The position numbers and the translations under genes were made by a program. A stretch of DNA of 63,363 nucleotides, counting the filler. It is 4 parts of 4 records of this genome, joined end to end, with 100 filler letters (N's around TTAATTAATTAA, not from the genome) between each part and the next. Parts side by side here need not be neighbours in the genome. Positions count along the whole stretch, not along the records: positions 10,584 to 34,047 come from DRR378314_400; 3 more parts are not named here. The stretch is one strand, 5' to 3'. Below, piece after piece: positions 20,942 through 29,932 of this stretch. The notes under the pieces are model-generated. The model was not told where the DNA came from, did no database searches, and saw only the letters and a program-made list of their open reading frames with translations. Within the stretch, counting starts at the first letter, position 1; each line of letters starts with the position of its first letter.

Positions 20942-21678
20942 GATGGCTCCTTTTGAGAAAATTGCCGAGTAAATACTATGCTGGTGCCAATAAAAACTAA
21001 AACCGCAGCAAGATACAGCCATAATGCAGTTTTGCTTGGCGTTGCTTCATAGCCAACTAAAGCCTTTAGCACACGGCCTAATTCTGAGTTTTCGACTAGC
21101 ACTGCACGCCAATCAAAGTAATTTGAGGTAATATTGATCAAATCAATTTGGCTGGCTAAATCTAATGCGATCAGTAATTTTGCCGAGGCATTAAAAGCCA
21201 AAAATAACATCAGGGGATATACACCAAATCGTGCTCTAACACTGTGCAGTAAAAATAATAGCAACACACCAAAACTACCGCAGATCCCGATTCCCAAAGA
21301 TGTTCCTATAAGCAAAGGTTTTGCTGTGTCAGTGTTATGCCAAAAACCAACCAGATAAATAAAATAGTGACTCAGATACAACGCCATAACCGCCACTATT
21401 GCAAGTAATGCGAATAAATGTCGCTGCTTACAACTGACAAGTGACGCAACATAAACAATGACGCACAACAGCATTTGGCTAAACTCTAGGCCGCGATAAT
21501 CAAATAACTGGCTCAACCACGCAGCACTTTGTACATAAATAATACTACACAGCAACCCAATAAAAGCGGTTGCTATGAGCATTCGCTGGTTTAGTTTTAG
21601 CAATGACTGTAACAGCACGAGCAAAATTACGACTGGTAAAAGCTGATTAATACTCATCAACAAACTAGTTATCAGCAT
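20938..21678 (-). CDS. FTR1-like permease with degenerate iron-binding motifs
   Basis: About 7 TM segments; C-terminal LGRVLKALVGYEATPS typical of FTR1/FtrC; adjacent to a cupredoxin; no RExxE. Confidence 0.7.
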   Translation of the reverse strand: MLITSLLMSINQLLPVVILLVLLQSLLKLNQRMLIATAFIGLLCSIIYVQSAAWLSQLFDYRGLEFSQMLLCVIVYVASLVSCKQRHLFALLAIVAVMALYLSHYFIYLVGFWHNTDTAKPLLIGTSLGIGICGSFGVLLLFLLHSVRARFGVYPLMLFLAFNASAKLLIALDLASQIDLINITSNYFDWRAVLVENSELGRVLKALVGYEATPSKTALWLYLAAVLVFIGTSIVFTRQFSQKEPS

Positions 21679-22012
21679 CAGTCTTTCCTTCTACTAATAC
21701 TGCGCCACGGGCCGTGTTAGGTGAAAACTCACCAAAAAACTCATAGCGTCCAGGGCTTAGTGGCCCGATATAAATCACACTACGACGATTTGGATACAGC
21801 ACTTTTTCACGATTTAAATCAAAGCTGTCAAACTCTTCTGGCGTACTATCTTGATTTTCAATTAAAAGCTTTAGTTTAGTATTGGCCGGTACGATGATCT
21901 CCGCAGGATAAAAAAGGTGATCTTTTAAAATTAATTTATATTCTTTAGCAACACACGTAAACGGTAATACGCTAAATAGCAGCAGGCTAATAAACCCTAA
22001 GCAGTTATTCAC
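21665..22012 (-). CDS. Periplasmic cupredoxin-domain protein (FtrB/EfeO N-domain-like)
   Basis: Likely GTG start 22012, signal peptide, PEEFDS.DLNREK, PGRYEFFGEF; no type-1 copper Cys. Confidence 0.82.
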   Translation of the reverse strand: MNNCLGFISLLLFSVLPFTCVAKEYKLILKDHLFYPAEIIVPANTKLKLLIENQDSTPEEFDSFDLNREKVLYPNRRSVIYIGPLSPGRYEFFGEFSPNTARGAVLVEGKTDADN

Positions 22013-23309
22013 TCCCTGCTCCTTGCATAAATTCAACTCGCACTTGTAAGCCACCTAATTCACTATCGGCTAAACAAATACTCGCGCCATAAATTGTGAC
22101 TATATGTTCGACTATCGCCATACCTAATCCGGCACCTTGCTCACCAGAGGGGTGTTTATCACCTCCAACACGGTAAAAACGATTAAATATTCGTGCTTTA
22201 TGGGCATCATTAATGCCAGGTCCTGAATCATCAATCTGCCAACCTAACACACCGTGTATATTGTTTAAGCGGATCACAATATTACCACCACTTGGCATAT
22301 ACTTTATGGCGTTACTTAATAAATTACTAAATAGGGTTGCTAAGGTAAATTGGTCGCCATTAATAACATAATCATCGCCTTCTATACTGATCGTATGCTG
22401 TTTTTCATCAAGTCGTTCGTATAGCTGTGCAACCACTTGCTGGCTGATCTCAAGCACCGAAATGGGGCTAAATTGTGCCTGCCATTGCTCAGGATATGTG
22501 CGCCCTAAAATCAACATTTGTTCAACAATATTACTCAGTTTATCGATACCTTTAGCCATTGCATCAAGCTCTAGACTATTATTGTTTTGGGTGCGTAAGT
22601 TATGTACATTAATTTTTAAACTACTTAATGGCGTACGTAGCTCATGGGCAGCATCTGAGGCAAAAAACCGCTCTCTTAAATAAGCACTTTCTACACGCTT
22701 AAACAGGTCATTTAAACGTGAGATCACCGGTTTAATTTCATGCGCGTTTACTTGCCAATCAATTGCAGTGAAGTCATTCGCTTGCCTCGTCTTTAATAGC
22801 TTTGAAAGACGAGTTAAAGGGCTTAGACCTTGCTTAACGAATAAGCTAATTAATATCGCCAGTAACGGCACGCTCCAAAGCAAAGGGGTCATTGCTGATA
22901 AAATCATCGTTTCGCTAAGGGCATAGCGTTTACTTAATGGCTCTGCCACCAGTACTTGTTTTGTCTGCATGGTTAACCTAAATACTCGCATACGTTGCCC
23001 AGCTAAATTTTCAACACTAAATCCATTCAGGCTCGGTTTTTGCGCAAGCTCGGCTAATGATTCAGACGCACTGAGTAAGTTGTTATCTTGCCATATTTGA
23101 AACAGTAATTGGGTGAGATCACTGCGTAGCATCGGCGCATCTGTGTGTATAGGTTGTTCGATTAGTACATGAGCAATAGTCTTTAATTCATTATCAAGTA
23201 ACTGCTCAGCTTGCATCATGCTTTCGCGGTAACCTTTACTAAAGGCTAAAAAACAAGTCAAAATCACTGTTGATAAAATAATCAGCGTGAGTCTGCGTTT
23301 GATAGACAC
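22005..23309 (-). CDS. Sensor histidine kinase (QseC/PmrB-like)
   Basis: SIKRRL N-terminus, EQLLDNEL, DAAHELRTP, NLLSNAIKY, DSGPG, GAGLG. Confidence 0.92.
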   Translation of the reverse strand: MSIKRRLTLIILSTVILTCFLAFSKGYRESMMQAEQLLDNELKTIAHVLIEQPIHTDAPMLRSDLTQLLFQIWQDNNLLSASESLAELAQKPSLNGFSVENLAGQRMRVFRLTMQTKQVLVAEPLSKRYALSETMILSAMTPLLWSVPLLAILISLFVKQGLSPLTRLSKLLKTRQANDFTAIDWQVNAHEIKPVISRLNDLFKRVESAYLRERFFASDAAHELRTPLSSLKINVHNLRTQNNNSLELDAMAKGIDKLSNIVEQMLILGRTYPEQWQAQFSPISVLEISQQVVAQLYERLDEKQHTISIEGDDYVINGDQFTLATLFSNLLSNAIKYMPSGGNIVIRLNNIHGVLGWQIDDSGPGINDAHKARIFNRFYRVGGDKHPSGEQGAGLGMAIVEHIVTIYGASICLADSELGGLQVRVEFMQGAGSE

Positions 23310-23968
23310 TAGCGTTTGCCTACCACGTAACCGATACCTCGTAAGGTTTTGATCAACTCTTTAGGAAGTTTTTTACGAAGATGGTGAATGTGTACTTCAA
23401 TCGTATTTGACCCGACTTCTTCTCCCCACTCGTAGAGCTTGCTCTCTAATTGTTGTTTAGATAACACGCGACCTTGGTTTTCGAACAGTGCTTTAAGAAG
23501 CATAAACTCTTTACGTGGTAAATTAATAGCTTGCTGATCCACTGACACAGTGAATGCTGAAGTATCCATCACAATGTTAGCCACTGTAATTTTACTTGAT
23601 TGCGTTTGAGTTACGCGCCGACTAGCGACTCTTAAACGGGCAAATAACTCAGCAGGGTCAAATGGCTTAGCTAAATAATCATCAGCGCCTAAATCTAACC
23701 CTTGTACTTTATCGTCAATACTACCGCGTGCCGTTAAAATAACGACAGGTAAGTTAGGGCGATGTTTTTTGACGTGTTTTAATACATCAATACCATCGCC
23801 ATCAGGTAGTCCTAAATCCAATACTAGCAGTTCAATTTCATCGCTTTGTAACCATTGCATCGCTGCACTTATACTCGCACAATGTTCAACACTGTAACCT
23901 TGTTGGCGAAGTGATCGACATAAGCCCTCAGCCACCAACTTATCATCTTCAACAAGCAATAAATGCAT
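23309..23968 (-). CDS. Response regulator (QseB/PmrA/BasR-like)
   Basis: LLVEDD, DLGLPDGDG, SNTIEVHIHHLRKKL, TLRGIGY. Confidence 0.93.
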   Translation of the reverse strand: MHLLLVEDDKLVAEGLCRSLRQQGYSVEHCASISAAMQWLQSDEIELLVLDLGLPDGDGIDVLKHVKKHRPNLPVVILTARGSIDDKVQGLDLGADDYLAKPFDPAELFARLRVASRRVTQTQSSKITVANIVMDTSAFTVSVDQQAINLPRKEFMLLKALFENQGRVLSKQQLESKLYEWGEEVGSNTIEVHIHHLRKKLPKELIKTLRGIGYVVGKR

Positions 23969-23969
23969 A

Positions 23970-24623
23970 TTATCTCTTTAGTTTCTTCTCGACTTTGGCC
24001 AACAGTTGAGTTATTTCTTGCTGGCGATATAAATCTGCTTTTGGTCTTTCTGGGCGAGCCGGCGCCTGTTGGGCGGCAAGTAAATGTTTTTTGGCCTTTT
24101 TGTACTCTCTTTCGTCATACAAAAATGCCGCGTATAAATAATTACTATCGATGCCGTTTGGATTTATAGCAAGCGCTTGGTTAAATAGTTCATTCGCTTT
24201 GTCATCATCACCAAATCCAATTGGCCAACCCGGTACTTTGCTGTAAAGAGTCGCTAAACTGGTGTAAGCAGAGCCTGATAACGCATTAGCATCAATTTCT
24301 ATGGCTTGCTCTAACTGTACTTTAGCGTCTTTTGCAAACCCTAATGCACCTAAGCCCCCTTTTGCCCCAGCGTAACTCGAAAGCACAATACCATACCAAA
24401 TATGGCTTTGAGCCTTATCATCATAGGTTTTTGCAAACCCAGCAGCCTGCTTTGATAACTTTTCAAATGCATTGAGCTGCGCTTTATCTACTAATTCATA
24501 ATTCACAGTAGCCCAACTGGTTTGCACTTGAGCTAATTCGCTTGCAAGATCAGCATGTGCAGTACTGGTTAAAAATATCCCAGATAACAAGCAGCTAGTA
24601 TAAAGTAGTTTAGTCATAATCAT
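23970..24623 (-). CDS. Secreted TPR-repeat protein
   Basis: Signal peptide ending AHA, TPR helices, VPGWPIGFGD motif. Confidence 0.8.
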   Translation of the reverse strand: MIMTKLLYTSCLLSGIFLTSTAHADLASELAQVQTSWATVNYELVDKAQLNAFEKLSKQAAGFAKTYDDKAQSHIWYGIVLSSYAGAKGGLGALGFAKDAKVQLEQAIEIDANALSGSAYTSLATLYSKVPGWPIGFGDDDKANELFNQALAINPNGIDSNYLYAAFLYDEREYKKAKKHLLAAQQAPARPERPKADLYRQQEITQLLAKVEKKLKR

Positions 24624-25414
24624 TCACCTTTATCAATTTTATCTACAAAAAAACTTTTAATTTTAGGAAGTTGCTTTGCAATTGCGTTATCTACTAAGGA
24701 GGGAAATGCCCCATTTAGTTTGACAAATAAGCGCTCTGGAAAGCCAATGTAACTGCGTGAGTTTCCGGATATTAATAATGAAATAAGCGCATCTGCCACT
24801 TTATCAGGGGGATCCATTGTATTGCCTAAAGCTTTATTCATCGCCCTTACCTGCACTGAATTGATAGTTGTATCAGTAGCTCTAGGTGCTAAATATAATA
24901 TTTTTACATCACAGTGACTGAGTTCGCGGGCCAGCGCTTCGGTCATTCCTCTTAATCCAAATTTACTTGCGCAATATAAGGTTTGATAAGGGTAACCAAT
25001 ACTGCCAAACGATGATCCCACATTAACTATTGAGCCTTTTTGAGCTAAAATTTGTGGTAAAAATAGCTGGCATAGCTTAATTGGCACCGACAAATTAACT
25101 ATCAGTAAGTCATCTATTTGCTGCTCCGTCATTTCACTAAAACCTTGCATCACATTAATGCCAGCGCTATTTATAAGCATTGCTGCACCACCGAGTGATT
25201 TAGCATGTTCGAGTAAATTTTGGCGAGTCTGTGCTGATGTTAAATCGCCAATAAATATCTCACAGTCTTGGCCACACTTAACCTGTAATGTCTCAAGCTG
25301 TGCTTGTTGACGACCCACTAACAGTAAACGCCAGCCATGCTGAATCAACTTTAATGCCACAGCTTGACCAATTCCGCCTGTCGCACCTGTTAACACGCAA
25401 AGTGGGCGGTTCAT
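24620..25414 (-). CDS. Short-chain dehydrogenase/reductase
   Basis: TGATGGIG, NSAG, catalytic S and YCASK. Confidence 0.92.
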   Translation of the reverse strand: MNRPLCVLTGATGGIGQAVALKLIQHGWRLLLVGRQQAQLETLQVKCGQDCEIFIGDLTSAQTRQNLLEHAKSLGGAAMLINSAGINVMQGFSEMTEQQIDDLLIVNLSVPIKLCQLFLPQILAQKGSIVNVGSSFGSIGYPYQTLYCASKFGLRGMTEALARELSHCDVKILYLAPRATDTTINSVQVRAMNKALGNTMDPPDKVADALISLLISGNSRSYIGFPERLFVKLNGAFPSLVDNAIAKQLPKIKSFFVDKIDKGE

Positions 25415-26100
25415 GCACTTTGCTCCAAGTCGCTAATTACAAACTGTGGATCTGTATCTAATTCACGGAAAATATTGCCATATAACTTATAAAAACATTT
25501 AGCGGCATACACTATCGCTTGTTGATCTGCAGGAGAGTCTATTTTATTCATCAGATCTTCAAAAAACTTCACATGCTCAATGTCCAAAGCGCCATGAGAT
25601 GTTAAATAGCTAAATGCTTTTTTAGGTAACCCGGTCATATTGGCTATGTTACTTGCCGCATTATCGGCTAACGCAATTGACGTGCCTTCGAGCACATGCA
25701 CCATGCCAAAAAATGCCAATGGATTACCCCGATTAATTGTATCGTAGGCATAAGCTACCATTAATTCAGTGGCAAATTTGGGAGCACTTTGACGTACTTG
25801 TTGTTTATCAAAACCACACGCTGCAATATCATTGAGCACCCATTCTTGATGGCCTATTTCTTCTTCTATATATTCTGCAACAGCCTCACGGATCCACTCT
25901 TGTTCAATCGATAGTTTCGCGCCTACAGCCATCAATAATGGCACCGTATGTTTAACATGATGATAGGCTTGTGCTAAAAATGAAGCATACTCAGTTGTGC
26001 TTACTTGCCCGTTAAATACGCGAGTAATGATCGGTGCAGCCAGTAAATATTCGCGCTCTGCTTGGGTTTGTGATTTTAAGGTCTCGAAAAAATTGCTCAT
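25411..26100 (-). CDS. Heme-oxygenase-like diiron oxidase (CADD/TenA-fold iron-containing redox enzyme)
   Basis: EEEIGH, VLEG and HGALDIEH give the E/H/E/H/D/H diiron ligand set. Confidence 0.85.
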   Translation of the reverse strand: MSNFFETLKSQTQAEREYLLAAPIITRVFNGQVSTTEYASFLAQAYHHVKHTVPLLMAVGAKLSIEQEWIREAVAEYIEEEIGHQEWVLNDIAACGFDKQQVRQSAPKFATELMVAYAYDTINRGNPLAFFGMVHVLEGTSIALADNAASNIANMTGLPKKAFSYLTSHGALDIEHVKFFEDLMNKIDSPADQQAIVYAAKCFYKLYGNIFRELDTDPQFVISDLEQSA

Positions 26101-27569
26101 AATATTGCCTCACTGTACAGTGCTGTTAGTTGTGCATGATAATAGTTTGCTATTGCTTGGCGCTTAGGGCGGTTATTACTGGTTAATAATCCCCGCTCCG
26201 TGTTAAGTGGTTCAGCTAAGCGGTGAAATGTTTTAATTTGGGCATATTCTGGTAATTGTGCATTAACACCTCGACAATGCTCGGCTAACACCGAATCAGT
26301 CATGTTTACTGATGCATAAATAAGTGCCACTAAATGCGCCTTACCTTCGCCAAAAACCACAGCTTGCTGTACTTCACTGTGACTAAGTAGCAAAGATTCA
26401 GGCCACTCAGCGCTGATGTTGCGCCCAAAACTAGTAATAATTTGGTTTTTTAATCGCCCCTTAATAGTTAACCGACCTTGTTGTTGATCAACCAAGTCAC
26501 CGGTGGCATACCAACTCGTTTGATCATGAGGCTGTTGACCTAAATAGCCTAAAAATAAGGGGCCTTTAATAAATAGCTGCCCGTCTACCCGTTTGCTTTG
26601 CAAGTGATTTAACACCCGCCCTGCGCACTCTATGTCATCATCATTTGGCGTGTTTAAGCTCACCACTGATGAAGCTTCAGATAAACCATAACCTTGATAA
26701 ACTGGTAACCCTAAACTACGCGCGTCAGTGATCAATTCACTGCTGACTACAGCGCCACCAACGGCAATAAATTTCAGGCTTTTTGGTGCTGTCCATCCTT
26801 GCTTTGCAAAGCAGACTAAACAGGTCAATAATTCCGGCACCAAAATAAGCGTGTTCGGTTGCACACGATCAATGGCGTTGATCAGTTTACTGGCATCATT
26901 TAATTTTGCTCCAGAGAAGCCTAATTCCGGCAGTGTCATAACATGCACTTCACCAGCAGCTAATAACGGTGTATAAACCCCTGCAATGTTTTCAAGTAAT
27001 ACTGGTAAAGGTAATAAGCACAGGTGTTTTGGCTGCTTTATCGCTATTTTCTGATGCAATGAGGCCGCCACTTGTAATTGACTATGTAAAGATAAACACA
27101 CTCCCTTTGGCTCACCGGTCGAACCTGAAGTAAACGTTACTTTTTGCGTACCTGTAAAAAATGCTGTGGGGCCCCAAGCGCGTACTTTATAAATATAAAC
27201 CGGGTAGCGGGTTAACACGCTCAAGGCCGCAATACATTCTAATCCCTCGTGTTCATAGGGGGTGTCGCTAATAAAATGCGAAACGCCGCTTTTATTCACG
27301 CTATTAATTAACTGTTGTGAGCTAAAAAAGGTTGGCAGCGGAATGCTTACTTGTTGTAACTCAATCAATGCAAAGTCAACAATTAACCAAGCAGGCGTAT
27401 TGTCCATTACAAACGCCACGGCTGACATATCAAGCGCTTTAAAATCGATAATTAACTCAGCCACAGTTTGCATCAGCGTCTGTTTACTAATTGGGCGCAT
27501 CTGTTGGTCATGATGATCAACAATCACAGTATCAAGCTCAGCGTGTGGTAGTTGCGATAAAAACCTCAT
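26097..27569 (-). CDS. AMP-dependent ligase (acyl-CoA synthetase/ANL family)
   Basis: TFTSGSTGEPKG, YQGYGLSE, ATGDL, GRLKNQI; ATG at 27569 overlaps the upstream TAA, GGAGG SD. Confidence 0.92.
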   Translation of the reverse strand: MRFLSQLPHAELDTVIVDHHDQQMRPISKQTLMQTVAELIIDFKALDMSAVAFVMDNTPAWLIVDFALIELQQVSIPLPTFFSSQQLINSVNKSGVSHFISDTPYEHEGLECIAALSVLTRYPVYIYKVRAWGPTAFFTGTQKVTFTSGSTGEPKGVCLSLHSQLQVAASLHQKIAIKQPKHLCLLPLPVLLENIAGVYTPLLAAGEVHVMTLPELGFSGAKLNDASKLINAIDRVQPNTLILVPELLTCLVCFAKQGWTAPKSLKFIAVGGAVVSSELITDARSLGLPVYQGYGLSEASSVVSLNTPNDDDIECAGRVLNHLQSKRVDGQLFIKGPLFLGYLGQQPHDQTSWYATGDLVDQQQGRLTIKGRLKNQIITSFGRNISAEWPESLLLSHSEVQQAVVFGEGKAHLVALIYASVNMTDSVLAEHCRGVNAQLPEYAQIKTFHRLAEPLNTERGLLTSNNRPKRQAIANYYHAQLTALYSEAIL

Positions 27570-28207
27570 TATGCCTCCAATTGAGATGCTAATTGACAAC
27601 TCGCTTGTTGATAATGCTGTTTAATATTAAATAAATGAGGTGTATTTATTACGCACTCATGAGCAGCCGCTAAATCAACCACACACAGTGTTGGTTTATT
27701 TTCATAATAAGTGCCCCAATCAGCTGGATTATCAAGTGCATGACTATTGGCTAATGCAATTTCAGTGCAATTAACTGAGAGCATTTTTAATAATGCTCTA
27801 ACCTTTGCAGTGGCACAAAACACCAAGCGTTTTGCGCCAATTTGATAAAGTGCTTCATTCATTAATACAAAATGAGCGAGCGTTGCTTTGCGGCTGGTTG
27901 AACATAAATTACCAAGCTCGTAAATATCTGCCCTTGGTACATCAACAAAGTACTCAATCGGCTCAGGTAAGTATTGCTCGATAAATAGTGATTCAGTAGC
28001 AGCTCTAAGTCCTAATGTGCAAGAGTCTGCAGCAATACTTAATTGGCATAATATCGGCATAAACTGTTTAATATTGGCGCCGTAAGCCTTGGCAAAACTC
28101 GCCTTAACGACTTGCTCTAATTGCACACGAAATGGCATGTTTGCATTTGCACACACATAATCGTGTGTGTTCATAATAGGCAAGTTAGTAACTTGAAGTG
28201 ATTGCAT
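27569..28207 (-). CDS. 'Thermostable hemolysin' (delta-VPH) family protein, probable acyltransferase fold
   Basis: F..AYGA.I..FMP, LFIEQYL..PIE, IYELGNL, WGTYY..P family motifs. Confidence 0.82.
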   Translation of the reverse strand: MQSLQVTNLPIMNTHDYVCANANMPFRVQLEQVVKASFAKAYGANIKQFMPILCQLSIAADSCTLGLRAATESLFIEQYLPEPIEYFVDVPRADIYELGNLCSTSRKATLAHFVLMNEALYQIGAKRLVFCATAKVRALLKMLSVNCTEIALANSHALDNPADWGTYYENKPTLCVVDLAAAHECVINTPHLFNIKQHYQQASCQLASQLEA

Positions 28208-28236
28208 AGTGTTCGCTCTTTTTAGACTATGGGTAA

Positions 28237-28269
28237 AATCTAACGAGCCAAACTTAAATAAACCTTAAG
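28237..28269 (-). promoter_or_regulatory. PmrA/QseB-type box and -10 element of the 10-gene operon
   Basis: Minus strand CTTAAG-GTTTA-TTTAAG (YTTAAK-N5-YTTAAK), 10 nt before TAGATT. Confidence 0.75.
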
Positions 28270-28406
28270 AAAAATTAATTTTCATAAAAAAACCCAAACA
28301 ATGTTTGGGTCAATAATTACGTAAGCGAAGATTTAAGAGATAACAACACACATCTACCCGCTTATCACTTACTGAGGGTAGATTTGTTATCCGGCAATCT
28401 AATTAT

Positions 28407-29288
28407 CTATTTTTTATGTAACGCTTCAATACGTGCTAATAAGCTTGACGTATCATAGCGACCACCACCGAGTGCCTGAACATCCGCATAGTATTGGTCA
28501 ACTGTTGCAGTCATAGGTAAGGTTGCACCATTGTTTTTTGCTTCATCAAGTGCAATGCCTAAGTCTTTCCGCATCCAATCTACGGCAAAGCCAAACTCAT
28601 ACTCACCCGCTAGCATTGTTTTATGGCGGTTCTCCATCTGCCAAGAACCCGCCGCACCTTTTGCGATAGTCTCGATTACTTTTTCACCATCTAGCCCTGC
28701 TTGTTTAGCAAAGTGAAGGCCTTCAGCTAAACCTTGCACCACGCCAGCAATACATATTTGGTTAACCATTTTACAAAGTTGCCCAGAGCCCGCTTTACCT
28801 AGTAGCTGACTAAACTTGCTAAACGCAGCCATCACAGGTTGTACTTTGGCAAATACGGCTTCATCGCCACCAGCCATTACCGTCAATACGCCATTTTCAG
28901 CCCCTGCTTGACCCCCTGATACGGGCGCATCAATAAACGCAATATTTTTAAGTGCAGCTTTTGCTGATACTTCACGCGCCACCTCTGCTGAAGTTGTTGT
29001 GTGGTCCACTAAAATTGTGCCCGCAGCCATGCCAGCAAGCACACCCTCGTCACCATAAACCACCGAACGTAAGTCATTGTCATTACCTACACACATAAAC
29101 ACAATATCAGCACCTTGCGCAGCAAGCGCCGGAGTGAGCGCAAATTCGCCATTGTATTGCTCAGCCCATTGCTGCGCTTTGGCTGTAGTGCGATTATAAA
29201 CCGTCACTGTGTGCCCAGCACTAACAAGGTGCCCAGCCATTGGGTAGCCCATTACACCTAACCCGATAAACGAAACATTCATTGACAT
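28407..29288 (-). CDS. NAD(P)-dependent oxidoreductase, 3-hydroxyisobutyrate dehydrogenase family
   Basis: FIGLGVMGYPMA, DAPVSGG, KMVNQ. Confidence 0.92.
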   Translation of the reverse strand: MSMNVSFIGLGVMGYPMAGHLVSAGHTVTVYNRTTAKAQQWAEQYNGEFALTPALAAQGADIVFMCVGNDNDLRSVVYGDEGVLAGMAAGTILVDHTTTSAEVAREVSAKAALKNIAFIDAPVSGGQAGAENGVLTVMAGGDEAVFAKVQPVMAAFSKFSQLLGKAGSGQLCKMVNQICIAGVVQGLAEGLHFAKQAGLDGEKVIETIAKGAAGSWQMENRHKTMLAGEYEFGFAVDWMRKDLGIALDEAKNNGATLPMTATVDQYYADVQALGGGRYDTSSLLARIEALHKK

Positions 29289-29410
29289 AAAATTGACCTA
29301 TTTCAGTGGTAACTTAAAAAGATACTTTGATTATCTCAACCGAACAGACAAAAAGCGAATGAAAAAGACTTCATTAAATTTCTTCATGGACGGCAAACAA
29401 TAGGTTCACT

Positions 29411-29932
29411 ATGGATAGCATATATCAATTCAGCGCCCCTCTTAATAACAGCGAAGATTTTTCACTGAGTCAGTTAAAGGGCAAAACAGTATTAATCGTT
29501 AACACAGCCAGTAAATGTAGTTTTTCAATACAATTGATGGCTTTAGAAAAACTGTATCAGCAATACAAACACCGAGGATTTACTATATTGGCATTTCCAT
29601 GTAATCAATTTGATCATAATGAGCCAATTGATAATGCGGATATAAAGCGCTTTTATCACGAGCAATTCAATGTTAGTTTTCCTGTGTTTAATAAAGTAAT
29701 GGTAAATGGTCCAGACACCCACCCTTTATTTAGTTACCTAAAAGCACAGACCCGAGGTATTGCGCAAAATCGTGCAATAAAATGGAATTTTACAAAGTTT
29801 CTAATAAACTCTCAGGGTCAGTTATCTGTGCGCTATGCACCGCGCACTAAGCCCGAAACCTTAAAAATGGTGATAGAGAGTACCCTTGATGACGCAAACA
29901 ACAATAGCGCTTTTCAGTTCGCAAAAATATGA
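29411..29932 (+). CDS. Glutathione peroxidase family protein
   Basis: NTASKC, FPCNQF, IKWNFTKFL. Confidence 0.92.
   Translation: MDSIYQFSAPLNNSEDFSLSQLKGKTVLIVNTASKCSFSIQLMALEKLYQQYKHRGFTILAFPCNQFDHNEPIDNADIKRFYHEQFNVSFPVFNKVMVNGPDTHPLFSYLKAQTRGIAQNRAIKWNFTKFLINSQGQLSVRYAPRTKPETLKMVIESTLDDANNNSAFQFAKI

Noticed and set aside
29889-29932. 44-bp overlap between glutathione peroxidase and ldhA as a frameshift
   Set aside because: Both proteins have complete motif sets; the overlap is only a short C-terminal tail
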